20,766 nucleotides of DNA, taken from assembly GCA_038893995.1 (NCBI GenBank), contig JAWAQK010000040.1, positions 2,347 to 23,112 of the forward strand, given 5' to 3'. Positions 1 through 7,359 of this stretch are shown here, one piece after another (within the stretch, counting starts at the first letter, position 1; each line of letters begins with the position of its first letter). Position numbers and translations under genes: made by a program. Below the pieces are notes generated by a model. The model was not told the DNA's origin. It did no database searches and was given only the letters and a program-made list of their open reading frames with translations. The DNA comes from Candidatus Thorarchaeota archaeon (GTDB lineage Archaea; Asgardarchaeota; Thorarchaeia; Thorarchaeales; Thorarchaeaceae).

Positions 1-1
1 T

Positions 2-2617
2 CTCTCGAACTCGGTGTCAACGAGCATCTCGGTCCTCGAGATTGTGAGTGGGGCCCTCTCGCTCTCCACCACGCAGATCCCGATCTCTGGCTCAGTGGTC
101 CTGTCGTACACACTCAATGCCAGCAATCCCTCCGGCGTACCGATCCGATTCGAGATACTCGACTACAACCTCCTCCCAGTCTGGAGCAGGATCGTGTTGA
201 CCGCCGAGAACGGGGTTGCAACGACGTCGTGCGTGGTCGACATGATTGCAGGTGTCCTTATTGTCCAGGCTACTCCACTGCCCGATGCCCTAGTTCTGGG
301 CGGAGGTTGTCAGTGTCAGTTGGTCGTGATGACAGAGTGTGTCCTGGACCTCTCGACCGTTCCATCTCCTGCGCTGAGGCACGAGGATGTCAATGTCTCG
401 TTGATCTGTCAGGACGAACTTGGCCTTCCAATCGCTCAGATCACGGTCATAGTGACCGTCATTGACCCCTATGGCAATACTGTGCGTCTTGGTCCAATAT
501 CGAACTCCATATCGGTGGTGGTCCGAAATGGCGCAGGTTCCTTCAAGTTCACTCCCGGCCTGACAGGTCTCTACAGAGTTTACATTCAGTCGTCGGGAGC
601 AGCATATGTGTATCCCTTCAACACTGACCGTTACCTCGTTGTATACACGCAAACAGTGTTGTCAGTAGAGAACTTCACCTCTCTACTGGTTACAGGAGAT
701 ACAGCATACAGCGCTGTGTCACTCCATACATCTGATGGGACTCCGATGACTGGCATGCCTATTGGGATAGTGGCGACTGGACCTGGCGGAACTGTTGTCG
801 GTCCCTTCTCGCTGGTGACCAACGACTCTGGAGTCATTCAGTGGTCATTTGTTCCGACACCCGAGGGTATTTGGACTGTCACATTTCGTTTCCTGGGCAT
901 GGGAGTCTACCTACCTTCCGATGCACAGGTCGTCATCTCAGTCTGTTACGGGACACGAATCTACCTGAACTACTCTCCGCAACAGGATATTGTTACGAGT
1001 CTGACTCCACTGGTGGTGTCGGTCCTTCTGACAGACTCCGGCGGCACACCCCTTGAGGGACGTACTATTACCTACTGTGTATACCATTCTGTTCTTGGAC
1101 TTGTGGACTCTGCAAGCTTCATTCAGCTCGGACCATCGCCTGAGACAATAGAGATCTATTTTGGACGCATGGGCAACTACACTGTGGTGTTCCTGTTCTC
1201 CGGTACCACTCACTACTTCCGTTCAAGTGCTGCAATCGACGTCTTTGTGAGGGGTCTCGTGAGCATACAGGTGGACCTTCCGCAGACTCTCGACCGATCT
1301 GAGCACCGTGAGGCCTCGCTGGTCCTCCTCGACGAAACAGGTCAACCTCTCGATCCACAGTTGCTTGAGGTCCAGCTGGTGCTACGAAGAGGTTCTCAGA
1401 TCATTCCCATCCATGACCGGCTCTCTGTGTCATCTCGATCGGTATCCCTAGATATGTTTGGGCTCGAGCCAGGCGATTACGAGCTATCAGTCTCAGTCAC
1501 TGGAACTCCTCTTCGCACGGGGGCTGCTCAGTCGTTCCCCTTCTCAGTGACTACCGTCTCACGTTTCCAGACGTCGGTGTTGGCATGCCCAGGACTGGTC
1601 GGGAACTCCCACAGGATAGTTTTCCTCCTGCTGGACTCCATCGACTCGAGACTGGACGGCATAGTCAGGGTCAGCCTGTTCGACCCACAGGGCCGCGAGA
1701 TACTCGGGAGTCCTCTGACTACAGTGACCGAGATCAACGTGGTCAATGGAACATTTGAGATATCGTGGATCCCACTCAGCATTGGATACTACAGACTTGT
1801 CATGGTGTATACTGGCCAGGACAGGATACAGTCATCTGAGATTGAGATGACGTTTCTCGCCCGCTACGAGAGCACACTGCAGGTGAGCAGTCCTGACAGG
1901 ATCAGATACATGGACCCTGCAAGGATGTACATACAACTGAGAGGAGGTACAGGAACAATCCCCAACGGCCCGCTCAAGATAGTCCTCAGGGTCGACGGGG
2001 TCCTGTTGGACATTATTGATGTCAGCGTCAACATGGCAGGCTCGTACCAGTTGGACCTCAAGGGATTGCCTGCGGGACTGCTCAATGTGACTGTCCTGTA
2101 CGAGGGATCGTCAGCGTATGCACCGTGTAGGTTGACTCGGTTCATCTGGGTCGAACCGATAGTTCAGGTCAGGGTCATTGGAGGACTCCAACATACGGTC
2201 AGGGCAAATGTGACGCTCAGTGTAGAGTCAGCTGTCCTCGGGGCGTCCTCGTCATGGTCTGGGACATTGTCTGTCCGGGTCACTGGCTCTGATGGTGAAC
2301 TCCTCTCCCGTGTCTGTACGATCGGCCCCACGCACACACTCGTGCTCTGGTTCGTCCCGATGGCGGAGGGAAACTATAGCCTAGAAGTCTGTCTGTCAGA
2401 TGTCCCGGTCTTGAACAGCTCCAGGTCCGCCTTCGTCATCACAGTGGTATCGCTCACAATCTACGAGCCCATGGTCGAGTCTGCCCCGTCGCTTGCTGGT
2501 GGAAGCCTCGCGCTAGCAGGAGTAGGTCTCCTCGTGAGGAAACGACTTCGTCTGTTGTTACGGTTCCTACCTGATGAATGGGTCGAGGAGGCAGCATCAC
2601 CGGGCACCAGTGTCTAG
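2..2617 (+). CDS. Large cell-surface/adhesin-like protein with tandem Ig-like beta-sandwich repeats and a C-terminal membrane anchor (5'-truncated by the window)
   Basis: Frame is open from position 2, so GTG at 14 is probably internal. V/S/T/G-rich ~100-aa units recur with motifs like LxDxxGxP (CQDELGLP, LTDSGGTP, LLDETGQP), DPxG (IDPYG, FDPQG) and GxYxxxxxxxGxxxYxxS (GIWTVTFRFLGMGVYLPS, GNYTVVFLFSGTTHYFRS). The hydrophobic tail SLAGGSLALAGVGLLV is followed by basic RKRLR. Confidence 0.8.
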   Translation, partial: LSNSVSTSISVLEIVSGALSLSTTQIPISGSVVLSYTLNASNPSGVPIRFEILDYNLLPVWSRIVLTAENGVATTSCVVDMIAGVLIVQATPLPDALVLGGGCQCQLVVMTECVLDLSTVPSPALRHEDVNVSLICQDELGLPIAQITVIVTVIDPYGNTVRLGPISNSISVVVRNGAGSFKFTPGLTGLYRVYIQSSGAAYVYPFNTDRYLVVYTQTVLSVENFTSLLVTGDTAYSAVSLHTSDGTPMTGMPIGIVATGPGGTVVGPFSLVTNDSGVIQWSFVPTPEGIWTVTFRFLGMGVYLPSDAQVVISVCYGTRIYLNYSPQQDIVTSLTPLVVSVLLTDSGGTPLEGRTITYCVYHSVLGLVDSASFIQLGPSPETIEIYFGRMGNYTVVFLFSGTTHYFRSSAAIDVFVRGLVSIQVDLPQTLDRSEHREASLVLLDETGQPLDPQLLEVQLVLRRGSQIIPIHDRLSVSSRSVSLDMFGLEPGDYELSVSVTGTPLRTGAAQSFPFSVTTVSRFQTSVLACPGLVGNSHRIVFLLLDSIDSRLDGIVRVSLFDPQGREILGSPLTTVTEINVVNGTFEISWIPLSIGYYRLVMVYTGQDRIQSSEIEMTFLARYESTLQVSSPDRIRYMDPARMYIQLRGGTGTIPNGPLKIVLRVDGVLLDIIDVSVNMAGSYQLDLKGLPAGLLNVTVLYEGSSAYAPCRLTRFIWVEPIVQVRVIGGLQHTVRANVTLSVESAVLGASSSWSGTLSVRVTGSDGELLSRVCTIGPTHTLVLWFVPMAEGNYSLEVCLSDVPVLNSSRSAFVITVVSLTIYEPMVESAPSLAGGSLALAGVGLLVRKRLRLLLRFLPDEWVEEAASPGTSV

Positions 2618-4408
2618 TCTACGGGTTGCCCATGGGTCTGTCCATCTGTGACTGTGGCGGTCGAACAGTCTGCTCAATGCAGAGGCCCTGTATGTCCTGT
2701 GTGTCCGGAGTGAACACGTGACGCACCTCATCTGCAGGGATCCTGCAACTTCCTCACATCTGCCACGCAGGACAAGTGCCTGACCCCGAGGGACGCGAAC
2801 GAGAGCTGCCATATCACCAGTCCTATCACTTGTGGAGAGCTCGATGTATGGTGACACTGCGACTAGCCACCGCTGAAACCTCAGACCGTCCGCGAGCGAG
2901 GAACTTGACGCCATGACGAATATTCCGTCCCATAGGCCCGTGTACTCGAGCCGGGGATGGTAGTTGACTGTCACTGCTCCTCCCCTTATCAACCGGTCTC
3001 TGGCAAGTGACCGACTTCTCCTGGGTACCACGAGCTCGCCAAGCAGACGTTCCCTCATGGCATGGGTACCGTCAAGACCCCACAGAAGTCCGAGCGTGTC
3101 GACGTCACGGGCCGAGAGTTTCAAGGGTGTATCGACTGACGGCTGGGCCAGACCTGTGTCGGTACCGCCCAGGACGTCTGAGGGCTCAGCAAGCCAGGGC
3201 TCTCTCCACTCTCCGCTCGTTGGATCAAACAGGTCCCACCTGAATGATTGGACGAGTGTGTGTGTCACTGTCTGGACGAAATCCTCCCTTGGCCAGCCTG
3301 AGGGCCCACCTGATGTGACCGGCTCCACGTATCCCAGTAGTCGCCTGAGTCGGGGGTTCCCCGTGTCAGCAGCCTCAAACAGACCTCTGGTGGGAGTTGG
3401 TGACTTGGTCCTCCTGAGCAAGATGTGTCTCATCTGAAGACCGAGACGGGGGAATACTGGGACGTAGGACTCGGTCATGACCCGTTCTATTATCTCTGAC
3501 ATCTTGGGGTCTGTCCCCAGCATGCTCCCAATTGCGGACCGAGTACACTTTCCCGGAACCGAAACAGAGGCGAGACCGACACATGCTCTCCTGATCTCGT
3601 CGTGGCGAAGTACATTGAATGACTCTAGAAGAATCTGGAGCAGTCGTCGGTGTTCATGTGCGACTGCCCCATCAGGCTGGGGATGCGTGCTGCTCCAGCA
3701 TGTTCCCACGTGACGAAGGCCTCCTATCACCTCCCCTACCTCCCTTCTGATTCGTGCCAACTCGCTCTCTCCAGACTCGGCCTTGCACATGGCAGTCTCA
3801 ATCTTGGCCTCAGGGTCGCTCGTCGGTATTCGTAGCAGCCAGTTCTGTATCCTGTTTCTGGGGAGCATGTCGAGGGGCGCAATCGCCGCGATCCTCTGCT
3901 GTGCTTTCCTCAATGCATCTATCACATCGCGGCACATGGCATCTGGCCTGAGCAGGGGTAGGACCTCAACGAGGGACTCTATTTTCTCCGACACTATCTC
4001 GTCTTGCCAGAGCGCCTTGAGCCAGGGCAGACTTTGGCCAAGTGCGGACGAGATGTGGTGAATATTCATCAGACAGCGTCCGAGTGTGTCGGTCTCATCG
4101 CTGAATGCTCTTGCAGTCTCATGTGCGTCTGTTGCACGTGCAACAGCCATAAGGACCCTGACAAGTGTCTCTCTCCGTCTGGCATCGATGGATTCCGGAA
4201 GCAACTCACTGATGGCTCTGTAGGGGTCACTCTCGGCGAGACCAGATAGGGCCCGACGGTCGGCAAGCCACGGGAGAGAGTCTACCTGAAGAGCGTTCAT
4301 CATATCGTCCAGATTCCTAGACTGACGCTGAGTCTCTAGTCTGCCCGAGACCCTCTGACTGGCCGTGCCTCTTGCACTGTCGTATCTGGCTTGGTTAAGC
4401 TGGATCAA
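2597..4408 (-). CDS. Hypothetical protein with helical N-terminal half and two C-terminal Lrp/AsnC-like (wHTH + alpha/beta) modules; apparent paralogue of 4604-6661
   Basis: 603-codon ORF. Lrp/AsnC-like linkers PVFPRLGL and HPRLEYTGL, wHTH-like RDRLIRGGAV, modules ending FDPTSGEW and FDRHSHRW. Start uncertain: TTG 4408, but the frame is open up to 4528. 3' end overlaps the convergent surface-protein gene by 21 bp. Confidence 0.7.
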   Translation of the reverse strand: MIQLNQARYDSARGTASQRVSGRLETQRQSRNLDDMMNALQVDSLPWLADRRALSGLAESDPYRAISELLPESIDARRRETLVRVLMAVARATDAHETARAFSDETDTLGRCLMNIHHISSALGQSLPWLKALWQDEIVSEKIESLVEVLPLLRPDAMCRDVIDALRKAQQRIAAIAPLDMLPRNRIQNWLLRIPTSDPEAKIETAMCKAESGESELARIRREVGEVIGGLRHVGTCWSSTHPQPDGAVAHEHRRLLQILLESFNVLRHDEIRRACVGLASVSVPGKCTRSAIGSMLGTDPKMSEIIERVMTESYVPVFPRLGLQMRHILLRRTKSPTPTRGLFEAADTGNPRLRRLLGYVEPVTSGGPSGWPREDFVQTVTHTLVQSFRWDLFDPTSGEWREPWLAEPSDVLGGTDTGLAQPSVDTPLKLSARDVDTLGLLWGLDGTHAMRERLLGELVVPRRSRSLARDRLIRGGAVTVNYHPRLEYTGLWDGIFVMASSSSLADGLRFQRWLVAVSPYIELSTSDRTGDMAALVRVPRGQALVLRGRCEEVAGSLQMRCVTCSLRTHRTYRASALSRLFDRHSHRWTDPWATRRLDTGAR

Positions 4409-4603
4409 CTCACGTACGAGTGTGTCGTCGGGTCTGAGTCGGCCGGTTGCGATACTGATGGACCTCAGGGTCCTGTACGATGCGTCTTTGTGAGCAGCAG
4501 GACTCGCGAACGTGGTTGCCTCCGCGATTCAGTGTGTAACCTGCTCGACAGGATGGCAAAAAGCATTGCGACATCGGACATCAGCCGCGGACCCAAGTTG
4601 CAG

Positions 4604-6661
4604 TCATGCGCACTCCTGCGTGAAGGTGATCTGGCTGAGCACCTCAGAGAGGTCGGTGTCCCATGTACAGTCCTTGCGGAGCAGTCTCTGGTACATCGTG
4701 CTGAGATAAGACCGTATATGGGTCACCTCCGAAACTTGAGCTTCAACACCAAGACATTCCGACTGTCTTCTCAGAGTCTCGTGCATGGCGAAGTACTGAA
4801 ACTGAGGGACCTTCATCGTGATGTAGGCATGGCGTCCCCCATCTCCCAGTAGCACATGCGCACGTGGAGTTCCCCTGAGCAGAGACATGCTCAGACCACA
4901 GACTGCACTCTCCTCTCCCCTCAGTTCAGCCAGTAGCGTGGGCATGTTACGCATTCTCACGCTCCTGAATGGTTTCACGATACCCCGCTCTGTGAGCCTA
5001 AGTATGGTGTTCTCGAGCCTCTTGACATCAATCTGGTACTCTCTAAGAAAGCTCGGATTCTCTAGCATATCGATGTAGAAGTTATTCGATGTCAGATCCA
5101 TGGCTCTGGCTTCTTCACGGTCTATCGGCTCGTTACCCGGAATCATTGGTCCTCCCGTCCTGGTTTGGAACTCGGACACAGAGAGTGGATCGACCGGTTC
5201 TTGGTCGTTGACGAATGGTGCAGTCCAAGATCTCGCAGCGACGTCGTAGGAGGACGGGTTCAGGGTCGCAGTTTCGTGGTCGACCCTCACAACGTTCCTG
5301 AGGTTCTCCTCCAGCACTGCCACCTGATTTCGCGGTACTGTCATCACTCTCAGGAAGTTGGTTCTTCCCCTGCTGTCTTTCAGCTCTATCCACTTCTCGA
5401 GATATCGATGCGGCCAGGTGTACGCGCGACCGGAGTAGACGATCTTCTCCAGCCCGATCCTCATGAAGTCAACGCGTGTGCGTATGTTATATCCGTTGAA
5501 TACAAGCGCGGCTCTGTCCATCATCAGCTCCCGACTAGTCGATGCCATTGCCCTCGTCACGGGGAACTCTAGCAGGCCCTTACCTATCGGTTGATCTGTG
5601 ATATACCGCAGGGACCTGGGGGTCCAGTCTGGTGCATTATCGATCAGGGTCTCAGTTGCGACGTACCATGGTTCGAGATAGGACGCAACGGCACTGCCAG
5701 GCAGGACGGTTGCATTTGCTCTCTCGGCGTCATTGATCACCCTGACGTACTGTGGGGGTGGTATGCCCTCCATCTCATACTTCATGTTGACACCCATGAG
5801 CGAACTGAGAACAGGTCTAGACGCCAACGAGAGGAATACATCCACAGGATCTAGATCGAGCTGTTGTCCGCGAACGAACAACGCGAGGAATTGCATGTAC
5901 TCTTCCCGTACCCGGGGCGGAAACGTGGCAGGCACAAGTGGCTCGAGCAGATCTCTCATGCTCGACACGTTCTTGGGCAACTCAATATCGTCCATCTGCC
6001 TGATGAGCGACCAGAAGCGAGTTCTGTCTTCGGGCGGAGGGCCATCAACGACAGTCTCAATGAACCGGACGATCATCGACCTGGCTGTTCGCGTGGCGAG
6101 ACTTCTCACTGCCGCATAGACCGTTGAATCATCCTTCAGGTACAGCGACGCAAGCTCATGTGGTTGTATCGGATGCGCGCAGACAGGGATGTACTCTCTG
6201 TCAACGACTGTCAGCCAGAAAGAGGAGCTCCCCACAATGGGATGGATGAAGTAACGGTGATTCCCTACACCTGGCATCAGTCTGTAGTACCAGCCGTGAG
6301 TCGGGGGAGGGTACATGCGTTCACCTATCGTGTACGGACCAGTCTTGAACGAGGCCAACCCGGTCAGGATGTGTCTGGCCTCTACCTCGGCCACGTCCTC
6401 GGTCGGTACGAACTGCTGGACGCCCGACTCATCAAGAATGAGGAGCCCATTTGGGACAAACCTAGTCGATGCACCAACCCCAATCAGACCTTTCACACCA
6501 TAGGCAAGATCGGCCCGCCTGATATCCCCTGAATCTATCATCTTCGTACTAGTGCAGTATGCCTTGACGGGGTCAGGCAACGGGGTACGCTCCGTATTCA
6601 AGTTCGCGCAACCTTCCAAATTAAGTGTGTGCAACACGTGGGAAAAACAGATGCCCGCCAC
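4604..6661 (-). CDS. Hypothetical protein with unknown N-terminal domain and two C-terminal Lrp/AsnC-like modules; apparent paralogue of 2597-4408
   Basis: 685-codon ORF. Linker VDFMRIGL, wHTH-like LENTILRLTERGIV, modules ending YDVAARSW and RLLRKDCTW. The real start may be TTG 6601 (GGAAGGT 9 nt upstream) or ATG 6541. Confidence 0.72.
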   Translation of the reverse strand: MAGICFSHVLHTLNLEGCANLNTERTPLPDPVKAYCTSTKMIDSGDIRRADLAYGVKGLIGVGASTRFVPNGLLILDESGVQQFVPTEDVAEVEARHILTGLASFKTGPYTIGERMYPPPTHGWYYRLMPGVGNHRYFIHPIVGSSSFWLTVVDREYIPVCAHPIQPHELASLYLKDDSTVYAAVRSLATRTARSMIVRFIETVVDGPPPEDRTRFWSLIRQMDDIELPKNVSSMRDLLEPLVPATFPPRVREEYMQFLALFVRGQQLDLDPVDVFLSLASRPVLSSLMGVNMKYEMEGIPPPQYVRVINDAERANATVLPGSAVASYLEPWYVATETLIDNAPDWTPRSLRYITDQPIGKGLLEFPVTRAMASTSRELMMDRAALVFNGYNIRTRVDFMRIGLEKIVYSGRAYTWPHRYLEKWIELKDSRGRTNFLRVMTVPRNQVAVLEENLRNVVRVDHETATLNPSSYDVAARSWTAPFVNDQEPVDPLSVSEFQTRTGGPMIPGNEPIDREEARAMDLTSNNFYIDMLENPSFLREYQIDVKRLENTILRLTERGIVKPFRSVRMRNMPTLLAELRGEESAVCGLSMSLLRGTPRAHVLLGDGGRHAYITMKVPQFQYFAMHETLRRQSECLGVEAQVSEVTHIRSYLSTMYQRLLRKDCTWDTDLSEVLSQITFTQECA

Positions 6662-6687
6662 ACGTGATCCTCAACATCGGTCACGTG
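6635..6687. promoter_or_regulatory. Cluster of three CACGTG palindromes including a 7-bp inverted repeat; candidate operator or attenuator
   Basis: CACGTG at 6635-6640, 6661-6666 and 6682-6687. CACGTGA-N13-TCACGTG spans 6661-6687. It lies between the micropeptide stop and the probable start of the 685-aa gene. Confidence 0.4.
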
Positions 6688-6750
6688 CAGCGGGCCCGGG
6701 AGAGGGAATCTAGTCCGGAGATATCTCGGCGGTCCTCTGCGGAAGCATCC

Positions 6751-6951
6751 TCAGAATGGCTGATCGGGGTCGATCGGCTCTGGGGGTGCCATGAACGGGT
6801 CATCCGGAATGGTCGGACTCAGTGGAGGCGCCGAGAATGGGTCATCCGGAATGGTCGGACTCAGTGGAGGCGCCGAGAATGGGTCATCCGGAATGGTCGG
6901 ACTCAGTGGAGGGAGCACAACCCTGTTCCAGATCCAGTCGTTGTCTTGCAT
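6751..6951 (-). CDS. 66-aa Pro/Asp-rich tandem-repeat micropeptide, (PPLSPTIPDDPF)x3 + PPEPIDPDQPF
   Basis: ATG preceded by SD-like AGGAGA (6966-6961). It is the only minus frame open across the repeat. The diverged 4th unit keeps A, P, P through synonymous changes (GCG>GCA, CCT>CCC, CCG>CCC) and ends exactly at the TGA. Co-oriented with the downstream genes. Confidence 0.65.
   Translation of the reverse strand: MQDNDWIWNRVVLPPLSPTIPDDPFSAPPLSPTIPDDPFSAPPLSPTIPDDPFMAPPEPIDPDQPF
6793..6912. repeat. 42-bp direct tandem repeat, ~2.9 near-identical copies, plus a diverged 39-bp copy at 6754-6792
   Basis: Unit GAAYGGGTCATCCGGAATGGTCGGACTCAGTGGAGGCGCCGA at 6793-6834, 6835-6876 and 6877-6912 (36 bp). 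One C/T difference at 6796; no spacers. Confidence 0.97.
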
Positions 6952-7311
6952 TTCTTCTTGTCTCCTGGAGCTCTGTCCAGCGAGACCTAGTACACTGCAA
7001 TGTCATTTCTCGGCCGATGAATTCAGTCTGTTATTGGAGCACAAAACACCAACTAGATGTCATCACTGGCGGATCTGACCCTATCTCTGACGAGCTGACT
7101 TTAATTGGTGAGAAGCGGAGCTAACAAGATTGCGTTACGAGTTGTCTTGGCTGATCTGGATTGCTGCGGTCGGCCTGTTGGACCCGGCTCAACTGCAGTT
7201 CAGGCTCCAGTCGTCCGGATCATCTTGATGTCTGAGGACCTCAGGGACCTGATCTGCGTTGGCAACCAACTGTCGAGAATCCTGAGTATTTGCGAGGGAG
7301 AATGGAGACCA

Positions 7312-7346
7312 TGGCCGGCCCATGTCCTGCGGGAGCATACCGGCCA
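7312..7346 (-). terminator. GC-rich stem-loop just downstream of the rubrerythrin stop; possible terminator or 3' stability element
   Basis: Minus strand reads TGGCCGG-TATG-C-TCC-CGCA-GGA-CATG-GG-CCGGCCA, 13 nt after the stop. There is no U-tract. Confidence 0.4.
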
Positions 7347-7359
7347 GGCTTAGACAGTC

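Noticed and set aside
4529-4606. Selenocysteine or stop read-through fusing the two paralogues
   Set aside because: It would need two UGA recodings, neither is in a redox-motif context, and I saw no SECIS-like element. Same-frame adjacency occurs one time in three by chance.
6793-6912. CRISPR array
   Set aside because: Repeats are contiguous with no unique spacers, the unit is a multiple of 3, and no cas genes are present.
2597-6951. Assignment as a known RiPP class
   Set aside because: No recognisable radical SAM CxxxCxxC, ATP-grasp, YcaO, LanM/LanB, peptidase or exporter motifs. Kept only as a hypothesis.
6625-7124. Plus-strand ORFs through the repeat (6625-6990, 6791-7078, 6822-7124)
   Set aside because: They are open mainly because the repeat lacks plus-strand stops and they have no clear SD. 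The diverged fourth unit conserves the minus-frame peptide. The C/T variant at 6796 is synonymous in both the minus frame and the 6791 frame, so it alone does not discriminate.
7105-7353. 82-aa plus-strand ORF
   Set aside because: TTG start without a convincing SD, no motifs, and it ends within the rubrerythrin 3' hairpin region.
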